Positions 44,329 to 51,866 of a DNA stretch of 52,880 bases are shown here, in pieces. The stretch covers positions 1 through 52,880 of the IMG/VR virus record IMGVR_UViG_3300020042_001345; one strand, 5' to 3'. The notes under the pieces are model-generated. The model searched no databases and was not told where the DNA came from. It saw only the letters and a list, made by a program, of their open reading frames with translations. The position numbers and the translations under genes are program-made. Positions within the stretch are counted from its first letter, which is position 1. Each line of letters begins with the position of its first letter. The DNA is from a virus. Lineage: Duplodnaviria; Caudoviricetes.

Positions 44329-45066
44329 CTATTTTGCAACTATATCTTGTTCCGCTATATGGCAGAAGATGGAGCACTCAATGTTAGGTTCCTGTGGGTA
44401 ATTCCCATCTACGGGCTTGAGTTCATCTAAGTATCGGTCTTTGAAAATAGTCTGCTTCTTGAGCCGCTCTAGCTTTGCCATGCGGTCAAATTGCTCAGGA
44501 AAATCCACTTTAATCTTGTTCCAGTACCCCATGCCACCTTTAACGCAGCCAATGCAGTTGTTATTGAGGTATCCCAGCTTGTACATCTCTGGCAACTCAA
44601 TACCAGCGTTTTGAAGCATAGCTAAACAATCAATCTTGCCTAAGCCCTTGTCAATAAGCGGAACCCAAACGTCAACCTCATTGTTGGCATCAATAAATCG
44701 GTCATAGCGCTGTTGTTCCTCTGCCGTATAACCAAATACCTGACGGTCGCCAACTTGCTCATAGCGTTGACGCACCTGCTTTTTAAGCAAACGAGTACAT
44801 GGGGCGGCTCCCCTAATATTCATTGCGCTAGTCTTAAACGTTTCGTAAATAGAACGCTTGTAGTAATCATTGCCAAGAATAACAATCTCTTGCCCAAACC
44901 ACTTCTCACACTCCGCAAGAAATCGCTTGTTATCGGGATGTTCCTCCATGACTTCGGTGTAAGCAATAACCAGAAGCAACTTGCCTGCGTTCTCCGCAAT
45001 AGCCAGTTTGGTGGCAACAGCACTAGCCGCGCCACAGCTAAACCAGCAAACAATTCTTTTTGTCAT
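44329..45066 (-). CDS. PAPS reductase-like (PP-loop) protein with Cys motifs
   Basis: VCWFSCGAASAVA (degenerate PP-loop), CTRLLK, NNCIGCVKGG.GYW and C-terminal CSIFC. Confidence 0.75.
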   Translation of the reverse strand: MTKRIVCWFSCGAASAVATKLAIAENAGKLLLVIAYTEVMEEHPDNKRFLAECEKWFGQEIVILGNDYYKRSIYETFKTSAMNIRGAAPCTRLLKKQVRQRYEQVGDRQVFGYTAEEQQRYDRFIDANNEVDVWVPLIDKGLGKIDCLAMLQNAGIELPEMYKLGYLNNNCIGCVKGGMGYWNKIKVDFPEQFDRMAKLERLKKQTIFKDRYLDELKPVDGNYPQEPNIECSIFCHIAEQDIVAK

Positions 45067-45353
45067 GCCTCTACCCCTAATAGTTCTAAAGTTTCTTTGA
45101 GGAGGTCAGCCTCATCGTAGCCATAGTGCTTAACGAACCCCTTAGTCCCAAGGCCATGCAATCCCGTAGCGCCTCTATGATGCTCAGGGCAGAGCGGTAT
45201 AACGCTCATGTGGCTAGAACGCCCCCAGCCCCCCGCCAAGCGCCTTGGATGGTGCAACTCCGCAGGCGTACCTTCATACCCCATCCGCCTGCATACAGCG
45301 CAACCTAGTTCTGATACAGCGCTCATGTGTTTCTTTTCCTTCAATGTAGTCAA
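45063..45353 (-). CDS. Ref-like / HNH-type nuclease
   Basis: LGCAVC...AELHH...VIPLCPEHH...GLH pattern. Confidence 0.75.
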   Translation of the reverse strand: MTTLKEKKHMSAVSELGCAVCRRMGYEGTPAELHHPRRLAGGWGRSSHMSVIPLCPEHHRGATGLHGLGTKGFVKHYGYDEADLLKETLELLGVEA

Positions 45354-45404
45354 GCGTCTTCCTCCTTAAAATAACTAATCTTGGCTTCGGCTGGTGTGTA
45401 TTCT

Positions 45405-45551
45405 TTATCCATTGCCCTTTTCCTCGGCTTCAAGTTCACGCAGGTCATTAGCTGCATCAGATACGCCATGCCAATCGCATCTAGCTATCATGACGTGCAT
45501 ATATTCAATCAAAATATTTCTTTGTGTTTCGTAATCTGAATAATCTTTCAT
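45405..45551 (-). CDS. Small hypothetical protein (48 aa)
   Basis: MKDYSDY...DWHGVSDAANDLRELE. ATGA overlap with 45548..45697. Confidence 0.65.
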   Translation of the reverse strand: MKDYSDYETQRNILIEYMHVMIARCDWHGVSDAANDLRELEAEEKGNG

Positions 45552-45697
45552 ATAGCTTTCTCCCAATAAAGTTCTAACCAATCTTCGTATGCAGCCCAGC
45601 ACATAAGCCAGTCCCAACTGCGTCGGTGGTCGTTTATTTGATAATAAAATTCTGCTAGCTGCAAGCAAGTTTCTTTTGGCGGTGGCTTTGAATTCAT
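45548..45697 (-). CDS. Small Trp-rich hypothetical protein (49 aa, not in ORF track)
   Basis: MNSKPPPKETCLQLAEFYY...WEKAI. GGGGAAG upstream and ATGA overlap downstream. Confidence 0.6.
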   Translation of the reverse strand: MNSKPPPKETCLQLAEFYYQINDHRRSWDWLMCWAAYEDWLELYWEKAI

Positions 45698-45708
45698 CGC
45701 TTCCCCGT

Positions 45709-46047
45709 TTATTCATTGGGTTCTTTTTTAAGCTGCCCAATACGCAAGCCTGCCTCAAACCCAGCAAGGTAGGCACGGCGCTCAATCCAAAATTGGTTTG
45801 GGTGGTGGCTATGTTCCCATTCATTAAAAGAATCAACGCTAGTCTCCGCCAAAATAATTTTTCGTTTACGCCAGCCCACTGCTTGGTTGTCTGATTTTGC
45901 TGTCATCGTAATTTTCCACATTGAATAAAACAAAAAAAACAAACCGACACCAAACAAGACATTGTTGTGGATAGCCCATCCAGAAGCCCAGCAAAATACC
46001 CATGCTAAGCCGTGGAGGACACCCCATTCAAAAGTATTAAAACGCAT
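45709..46047 (-). CDS. Membrane protein with two N-terminal TM segments
   Basis: Hydrophobic WGVLHGLAWVFCW and VLFGVGLFFLFYSMW segments. Confidence 0.6.
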   Translation of the reverse strand: MRFNTFEWGVLHGLAWVFCWASGWAIHNNVLFGVGLFFLFYSMWKITMTAKSDNQAVGWRKRKIILAETSVDSFNEWEHSHHPNQFWIERRAYLAGFEAGLRIGQLKKEPNE

Positions 46048-46309
46048 ACTTGTTTGAACAAATAACGTCTAACACTACGTCAGCGGTATAACCGTTGACT
46101 AAGCGCTTTCCATACACAAGACGCGGGCGCAAGCCAACCTCTTGGCAATCTTTGATAGCATCAATCTGCTCACCCCTACTCAACGGCTGAATTTTCTTGT
46201 CCATGACTAAGTCTTGATATGTAACCATAGGTCGGTATTCCGCCACTTTAGGGGAAGAACATCCAGCCAACGTGCTGACCACGCATATTGCAATAAAAAT
46301 CTTTTTCAT
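46037..46309 (-). CDS. Lipoprotein
   Basis: MKK, hydrophobic core and LAGC lipobox. Two further Cys. Confidence 0.8.
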   Translation of the reverse strand: MKKIFIAICVVSTLAGCSSPKVAEYRPMVTYQDLVMDKKIQPLSRGEQIDAIKDCQEVGLRPRLVYGKRLVNGYTADVVLDVICSNKYAF

Positions 46310-46638
46310 ATAGTTGCCTTTCCTTCTGCTCTGTTATTTGCTTGCTCTGTACGCCAAATTTCGACACGCAACTCTGCGGCTGTTATGTCCCACTTTAGCT
46401 TCTCTTCTATTTCAACTGCGGCTTGCAATCCCTTCAACAACTCGACCATCTCAGGGTGGGCATATGCTTCACGTTCCTGCGCCCCGATAGCGGTCTCCAT
46501 ACTTCTCTTCATCAAGATACCCTTTAGGCTCTTGCGGTAATGCTCGATATAGGAACGCTCCGCTTTAGCTTTAGCAAATAACGCAGCGTGCTTCAAAATA
46601 TAATCCACAGCTTTATGTGGGTCTCTTTCTTCACTCAT
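46306..46638 (-). CDS. Conserved helical protein (possibly UvsY-like)
   Basis: AKAKAER.YIEHYRKS...AQEREAYAHP...IWRTEQAN.R. Function inferred weakly. Confidence 0.5.
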   Translation of the reverse strand: MSEERDPHKAVDYILKHAALFAKAKAERSYIEHYRKSLKGILMKRSMETAIGAQEREAYAHPEMVELLKGLQAAVEIEEKLKWDITAAELRVEIWRTEQANNRAEGKATI

Positions 46639-46768
46639 AAAACACCCTTCCTTTTTTTATGCGGATTCGTCTAATTACCAGAACCACAAATACAGCAACA
46701 CAAACCCAAAACATAAATCCAGACATAGCCATGAATGTCCAGAAAAAATCTCCGAAAGAATCAAACAT
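46631..46768 (-). CDS. Small single-TM protein (45 aa, not in ORF track)
   Basis: MFDSFGDFFWTFMAMSGFMFWVCVAVFVVLVIRRIRIKK. GAGGAG RBS. Confidence 0.65.
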   Translation of the reverse strand: MFDSFGDFFWTFMAMSGFMFWVCVAVFVVLVIRRIRIKKGRVFYE

Positions 46769-46888
46769 CTACTCCTCTCCTATGTGTGTACTGAGCCAAT
46801 AATACGAAACCAAAAAAATAATACATACCCACGCAACAATACCCGTCACCATTAAAAACAAAGAACCGATATTTACTATGACTTCCAT
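46769..46888 (-). CDS. Small single-TM protein (39 aa, not in ORF track)
   Basis: MEVIVNIGSLFLMVTGIVAWVCIIFLVSYYW. TGATG coupling. Confidence 0.6.
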   Translation of the reverse strand: MEVIVNIGSLFLMVTGIVAWVCIIFLVSYYWLSTHIGEE

Positions 46889-47061
46889 CACCCACCCCCT
46901 TCTTTAATAAAATCCTTACGCACATCAATCATTGTTTGAGCCTGCTCAAACGCCTCGTAAGCAATATCTATTTTTGTTTTGCCTGCTTTAATTGGTTTTT
47001 GCATTAATCCCATCAACGCAAACATTGCATAGATGTCAATCAGGTCTGGTTCAACATTCAT
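46888..47061 (-). CDS. Small hypothetical protein (57 aa, not in ORF track)
   Basis: LIDIYAMFALMGLM...IAYEAFEQAQTMIDVR resembles the common RDYFAxxAMxG..AY..ADAML phage family. ATGA overlap. Confidence 0.65.
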   Translation of the reverse strand: MNVEPDLIDIYAMFALMGLMQKPIKAGKTKIDIAYEAFEQAQTMIDVRKDFIKEGGG

Positions 47062-47180
47062 TTGCGTGCCTTCTCTTTCTCAGCAAGGTAATGCGTAACG
47101 TGGTCATGCAACATATCAATCAATGGAGGTTCCCCCGTAAATAAAAAGTAAACCACAACTAATGAAATAATCCAATTCAT
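47058..47180 (-). CDS. Small membrane/secreted peptide (40 aa, not in ORF track)
   Basis: MNWIISLVVVYFLFTGEPP. ATGA overlaps on both sides. Confidence 0.6.
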   Translation of the reverse strand: MNWIISLVVVYFLFTGEPPLIDMLHDHVTHYLAEKEKARK

Positions 47181-47524
47181 AAAATCCCCTCTATAGTTAC
47201 TTTGACCATACCGCCAACCTCATCTGCCCAGTACACGCGCAGGTCTTCTATCAAAGCGTCATCTTGCATAACACCAGCGTGAGCCATTGAGTCAAGCAAC
47301 GCCTTTAAAAGATTATCCAAATCACGGCGACGGCGGTCTGGTCGAAAGCATTCAATCTCTACCTTTACCGCATAGTCAATATGTTTGTTGGCACGCTGTA
47401 TCAATACTTGGTCTGAAACTGTTTTACGGTACTCACGCCCCCTTGCACTAATAATAGTTCGACCATTAAAGTTGCGCCAATATGTATTGACGGTTGGAGG
47501 CCACGGCAATGTAAGCTCAATCAT
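47177..47524 (-). CDS. rusA: RusA Holliday junction resolvase
   Basis: LPWPPTVN.YW, PDRRRRDLDNLLKALLD and DDALI. Confidence 0.92.
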   Translation of the reverse strand: MIELTLPWPPTVNTYWRNFNGRTIISARGREYRKTVSDQVLIQRANKHIDYAVKVEIECFRPDRRRRDLDNLLKALLDSMAHAGVMQDDALIEDLRVYWADEVGGMVKVTIEGIL

Positions 47525-47739
47525 TGCAAAGTATTTCTGGTTTCAGCAAGTGAAGATAGTTGTAAGCTCATCAACTCATCACGATGTAAACTTACTTGTA
47601 TATACAATGCGTGCAAATTCTCAATACCTTTTTGCATTCTTTCTAATTCATTAGCTGCTTGCAAAATAACTTCTTTGGGGCAGTATTCATGATTCAAACG
47701 CAAATCTTCAATTAATAATTTAATTTTGTAATCATTCAT
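47521..47739 (-). CDS. Hypothetical protein
   Basis: LIEDLR...QAANELER. ATG 47739 forms an ATGA overlap. Confidence 0.6.
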   Translation of the reverse strand: MNDYKIKLLIEDLRLNHEYCPKEVILQAANELERMQKGIENLHALYIQVSLHRDELMSLQLSSLAETRNTLQ

Positions 47740-47978
47740 TTCCACTCTCCTTGATTTCCTCGGTTGCCCTTTGCCCATTGGTCTCTAACATCTTCCTCAA
47801 GTCGCGACTTGGGATGAAGTTCATTCCATCCTTTGTAATACTTCCCAAACTCGTTACTGTAACCGTGGAGCCAACGGTGTGCGCTATCGCGATTTTCAAT
47901 CCGCATTGCGATAACGTGTCGAACGAGACAGCGGTGACGATGTTCATCTTCCCCCTCGCCTTCTTCAAAGACATTCAA
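47736..47978 (-). CDS. Hypothetical protein downstream of the helicase
   Basis: EHRHRCLVR...LEEDVRDQWAKGNRG..GEW. Overlaps both neighbours by 4 nt. Confidence 0.65.
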   Translation of the reverse strand: MNVFEEGEGEDEHRHRCLVRHVIAMRIENRDSAHRWLHGYSNEFGKYYKGWNELHPKSRLEEDVRDQWAKGNRGNQGEWK

Positions 47979-48976
47979 AACCTTCCACCACTATCAAAAG
48001 CCATCGGTATCGAATCGTGATTCTCTACAAATTGTTGACTGTCTTTTAAATACCAAAGCGAATACCAATCTTCAGACTCACCATTGCGTTGCTTCTCACA
48101 CATTAAATAAGCATCTGGAATCATCATGTCAACGGTTCCGTTCTGCGCTTCATGCTCTTTCTTTTTATTACGCCAAACCATTAACACGTTATCTACTTGG
48201 TCGCTGATTGAGCCTGAACCTTTAATGTCATTCTTGTTTGGTTTTATTTCTTCGCTTTGTAACTTGCGGATGTGATGAATCAAATGCACATGGACATTGT
48301 GGTCACGCGCTAACGACGTCAACTCATCAACAAAATATTTCTGTGCGTTGTAGTCGTCCTCACCTGATACGCACTTCATAAGCGAGTCAATGAAGATATG
48401 CTGAACGCCTAGCTCAATTGCGCTGTAGCGTGATACAGCAATAACCTGCTGCGCTGTTACTGTCCCCTGCTGGTCATACAGCCAAAGATTTGCGTGAGCA
48501 AAATTTCTCATGCGTAAAATCAATGCAGTCAGATACCGACCCTTCTCAACGTAACGCGGCGCATCAATGTTTTCGCCTGCAAACTGACGAAGCATACGAA
48601 ACAACGTGCGCTTAGGTTTCATCTCAAACGATGCAATCATTACCTTCTGACCTTGCTTGATTAGACCCATCGCAATCTGACCAGTCACCATTGACTTGCC
48701 ACCACCATTGCCGCCTGCGTATAAAGTCACCTCGCCTGCACGGTATTGAAAGCCTGCGTGAGTCTTTGACCACGGCATAGTCTGATAAGCCTCAACTACT
48801 GGGCTGGCAATCTCAGCTTCAATCTCATCTAAGAACTCGCCTGCGCCCTTGACCTTCTGCGCAACATCATTAGCCTTGAGGTACTTCTCAAAATCTACCT
48901 CGTCAGGTCGAACGATACGAATGCGACGAGCCTCGTCTAATTCCTGCGCTCTTTTTTGTATGTCAGACGTTTGCAT
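47975..48976 (-). CDS. SF4 replicative helicase (DnaB/T7 gp4-like), no TOPRIM domain
   Basis: GEVTLYAGGNGGGKS (Walker A), SFEM, IFIDSL, HHIRK, IKGSGSISDQVDNV and KQRNG. Confidence 0.9.
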   Translation of the reverse strand: MQTSDIQKRAQELDEARRIRIVRPDEVDFEKYLKANDVAQKVKGAGEFLDEIEAEIASPVVEAYQTMPWSKTHAGFQYRAGEVTLYAGGNGGGKSMVTGQIAMGLIKQGQKVMIASFEMKPKRTLFRMLRQFAGENIDAPRYVEKGRYLTALILRMRNFAHANLWLYDQQGTVTAQQVIAVSRYSAIELGVQHIFIDSLMKCVSGEDDYNAQKYFVDELTSLARDHNVHVHLIHHIRKLQSEEIKPNKNDIKGSGSISDQVDNVLMVWRNKKKEHEAQNGTVDMMIPDAYLMCEKQRNGESEDWYSLWYLKDSQQFVENHDSIPMAFDSGGRF

Positions 48977-49397
48977 ATTTAATTGCCTCTTCAATTCGCT
49001 TTTGGGATAACTTCATTCGCTCTCTGTCGGTCTCGCTTAACTTCTTGCCTTGGCTCAAGTCATAAGCACATACGGATACTAGTAGCGCCTCAAACGAAAT
49101 AATTCGCATCAGGTCGCTGGCATAAAATGCAGGCTTCATACTCTTCTTGCCTTCGACTGGATACTCGCGGCGCTTATCGTCTGGCGGAAACAAGTCAGTC
49201 AAGTCCATGCCAAGCGCCTGCACAATCATCAATGCCTCGCAACCTGCAAAGCAGTGAATTAATACGCGCCCATCTTCCGTCTCACGGATTGAAAGGGAAG
49301 GGCCTTTGTCATTGTGCGCAGGACAACAAGCCGTCCAAGAACCATTGCGCCCCTTAACCTTAGTCAACATACCCAACATCTTTTCAACAGGTGTCAT
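48963..49397 (-). CDS. Primase-type Zn-binding domain protein
   Basis: ACCPAHNDKGPSLSI...LIHCFAGC...DLF. Confidence 0.8.
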   Translation of the reverse strand: MTPVEKMLGMLTKVKGRNGSWTACCPAHNDKGPSLSIRETEDGRVLIHCFAGCEALMIVQALGMDLTDLFPPDDKRREYPVEGKKSMKPAFYASDLMRIISFEALLVSVCAYDLSQGKKLSETDRERMKLSQKRIEEAIKYANV

Positions 49398-50059
49398 ATC
49401 ACCCTCCTGCCAATTGAAACCGAATCGGTTGCTGAGTCATCTTCCCAGCGCTTTTGATTAATGAACGTAAGCGGCGCAGGCTCGAACCCAGAAATCCACT
49501 GCTCAGAAGCCTTTAAACGGGTCACCACGGCGTTTATTTTGTCGGCTAAGGGGTCTAGTGCTTGACGCTCCCATTTCGCCTTACAGGCGTTTTTAGCGAC
49601 TTTGCGTTTTGACGTAGGCCAGTTGTTCCAAAACTCCTCAAACCGCGATGCAGTCGGTAAAACCGACGTAATGGTTTTTATATTCTTCTTCTGTATCTGT
49701 ATCTTCTTAGGGTTATTGTTCGCTTTCGTTTCGGTTTTCGATTCGCTTTTCAACGGTCTGCCGCCTCGCTTTCCAAGCTGTCGATTATTCTCAACTTGAT
49801 GTTGATACTTCGCAATTTCGACATGACAACGATGGTTGTAATACCCATTTTCGGTATGTTCAAAGAACTCATTCAAAACCGATTCGGTTATGTCTAAGTC
49901 TAGGCGTATTTTTCTCGCAACCGATTCGGTATCGAGTGGGATAGCCTTCTCGCTCATGTAGTACAAATCAAGCAGGCGTCGGTACGCCAAATCCTCAGCA
50001 TCTGACAGGTGAACTGTGTGCGTAAGGTAATCACCGATGTGAAATTTGTACCATATCAT
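49394..50059 (-). CDS. YdaU/DUF1376-family replication initiator-like protein
   Basis: WYKFHIGDY..T.HL...EDLAYRRLLDLYY, GKRGGRP and FEEFW..WP...TFINQKRWED. Confidence 0.85.
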   Translation of the reverse strand: MIWYKFHIGDYLTHTVHLSDAEDLAYRRLLDLYYMSEKAIPLDTESVARKIRLDLDITESVLNEFFEHTENGYYNHRCHVEIAKYQHQVENNRQLGKRGGRPLKSESKTETKANNNPKKIQIQKKNIKTITSVLPTASRFEEFWNNWPTSKRKVAKNACKAKWERQALDPLADKINAVVTRLKASEQWISGFEPAPLTFINQKRWEDDSATDSVSIGRRVI

Positions 50060-50271
50060 TTCGCTGTCTTTCCAAATATGTCAGGACGCAATTCCGCCCT
50101 CTTCACTTTCCTACCTGTATGCAACTCAATGTCGCGGGCTAGTTCTGGGCTAGGTAGTTCTCGCCCCGTAACAATCAATGAAAACCACGTTTTACTAATG
50201 CCTAACTTTCGAGCAAAAGCAGTCATCGACCCCCTTGGCTTGTCCTTAAAATATTCTTGTAGTGTCATCAC
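50056..50271 (-). CDS. Cro/YdaS-like HTH regulator
   Basis: FARKLGISKTW...PSPELA..IE..TG..V.R.ELRPDIFG. Confidence 0.85.
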   Translation of the reverse strand: MMTLQEYFKDKPRGSMTAFARKLGISKTWFSLIVTGRELPSPELARDIELHTGRKVKRAELRPDIFGKTAK

Positions 50272-50372
50272 ATTCCTTTCTTGATTAAGTGGATATTACA
50301 CGAAATAAAAATTATGTACAACGCCAAATTAAACATGATAAACTAAGACCTGTTTAACTCGAAAGCGAACTT
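50272..50372. promoter_or_regulatory. Divergent control region
   Basis: AT-rich gap between divergent genes. Inverted TTAAACA...TGTTTAA, and TTAAAC also occurs in both early promoters. Confidence 0.6.
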
Positions 50373-50558
50373 ATGGACAACGAATATGAAATGCATCAAC
50401 TGATGCTTGAGCGGCAGCAAAGGCTTGAGGAGGCGCTAGAACGGGCTGAGACAGGCATTGCAACACACGAAGACTGGGACATCATCCGTTATGAATGTGG
50501 GTTGCCCAAGAAACGACCTATAGTAACTTTAGAAACTTTATCAATTAGGAGCGAATGA
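50373..50558 (+). CDS. Hypothetical protein
   Basis: 61 aa, first gene of the plus-strand operon, overlapping the next gene. Confidence 0.7.
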   Translation: MDNEYEMHQLMLERQQRLEEALERAETGIATHEDWDIIRYECGLPKKRPIVTLETLSIRSE

Positions 50559-51214
50559 TGGCTTTAATAGCGAAAGAAAGCGGCGGCGGCGGTGGAGACT
50601 TCACCCCAGTGCCGCAAGGGATGCATCTTGCGCGGTGCTACCGAGTTGTTGACTTAGGAACCCAAGAGTCAACGTACCTTGGAACGGTCAAGCATCTACC
50701 CAAGGTTATGTTGCAGTTTGAGGTACACGGCGAAGATGACGACGGCAACCCAATTGTTACCGCCAAGGGCGAACCTATGTCTATCAGCAAGAACTTTACG
50801 CTGTCGTTAGCGGAAATGGCAACGCTGCGCAAAGACCTGCAAACATGGCGCGGGCGCGAGTTTACCCCCGAAGAGTTGCGCGGCTTTGAACTCAAGAACG
50901 TGCTAGGCGCGTGGGCAATGATTTCGGTTATCAAGGCTATGGGAAACAATGGCAAGGAGTACACCAACATTGCAGCGATTATGTCTGTGCCACCAGCTAT
51001 TAGAAAAACTGGAATACCTCAAGGTCATAACGACCTGAAACTGTTTTCTATTGATGAGCCTGACATGGAGTTGTTTAACAGCTTTAGCAACGGCTTGAGA
51101 GAAAAAATCCAGAAGTCTCCAGAGTGGCAGGCGCGAGGTGGCTCAAGCGCTCCAGTAACCGCTAAGGCAGCTTCTAGCGACTCTGATGACATGGACGACG
51201 ACATTCCTTTTTGA
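50555..51214 (+). CDS. Single-stranded DNA-binding-like protein
   Basis: G.HLARCYRVVDLGTQ, LRKDL..WRG and acidic C-terminal DDDIPF tail. Confidence 0.75.
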   Translation: MMALIAKESGGGGGDFTPVPQGMHLARCYRVVDLGTQESTYLGTVKHLPKVMLQFEVHGEDDDGNPIVTAKGEPMSISKNFTLSLAEMATLRKDLQTWRGREFTPEELRGFELKNVLGAWAMISVIKAMGNNGKEYTNIAAIMSVPPAIRKTGIPQGHNDLKLFSIDEPDMELFNSFSNGLREKIQKSPEWQARGGSSAPVTAKAASSDSDDMDDDIPF

Positions 51215-51216
51215 TA

Positions 51217-51594
51217 ATGAGGTTGATGCGTAATCAGCACGCGACGCACGTTGATTTCTTTCAGTTCAAAGGATTGATTGAAACCAACCCGAAAGCGACT
51301 CCCTGCAACATCGACATGGTTTTTGAGCGCAAGTGCAAATTCTTTGTTGGAGAGTGGAAGCGGGAGGGTGAGGGCATAAGCCAAGGACAGGGTTTGCTAC
51401 TGCGCAATCTGGCAAAGCAACCTCAGTTCACTGTAATCATTATCCAAGGCAACACGGACGGTGACACGGTAGTTGAGAAGTTTGAGCAACTCTGCTCAGA
51501 CGGTCGTTTCAGAGTGCGTGGCAAGTCTTTTGACGACCTCAAGAAATTTGTCACGCGCTGGTACAACTGGGCAGATGCCCAAGAATTTTCTTAG
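51217..51594 (+). CDS. Putative PD-(D/E)xK-fold nuclease
   Basis: NIDMVFER...VGEWK (D...ExK) and GQ..LL segment. Confidence 0.55.
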   Translation: MRLMRNQHATHVDFFQFKGLIETNPKATPCNIDMVFERKCKFFVGEWKREGEGISQGQGLLLRNLAKQPQFTVIIIQGNTDGDTVVEKFEQLCSDGRFRVRGKSFDDLKKFVTRWYNWADAQEFS

Positions 51595-51602
51595 GAGAAA
51601 AA

Positions 51603-51866
51603 ATGTCAAAAAGAATTGTGATTGATATTGCAGTTGATGAGTTTGAGTTTGTAAAAGAAGCCATTTCTTTTAAAGCTCGTCACTTAATTGATTATTTAGA
51701 TGTTTGTAAAAAAACCGCTGAAAAGCCAAAAGAGGCATTTGATGATGGCAGAGTAAGTTCAACCATTGCAGCGGCTATTGAGCATTTTGCAACAATTGAA
51801 AAACCTACCCCTAAACGTCGTGGTCGCCCACCCCTTAATAAAACAGCGAAGAGAACACGCAAATGA
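51603..51866 (+). CDS. Hypothetical protein with AT-hook-like tail
   Basis: AGGAG RBS and C-terminal PKRRGRPP. Confidence 0.65.
   Translation: MSKRIVIDIAVDEFEFVKEAISFKARHLIDYLDVCKKTAEKPKEAFDDGRVSSTIAAAIEHFATIEKPTPKRRGRPPLNKTAKRTRK

Noticed and set aside
45405-45836. 143-aa ORF as given in the track
   Set aside because: Better explained by two ATGA-coupled genes (45548..45697 and 45405..45551). The long version overlaps 45709..46047.
47732-47974. Alternative-frame 80-aa ORF
   Set aside because: 47736..47978 has 4-nt overlaps with both neighbours and a more protein-like sequence.
917-49799. Many plus-strand ORFs of the track (for example 6664..7311, 19610..20077, 32584..33369)
   Set aside because: They are antisense shadows of well-supported minus-strand genes, often from low-complexity Thr/Gly codons, with no recognisable motifs.
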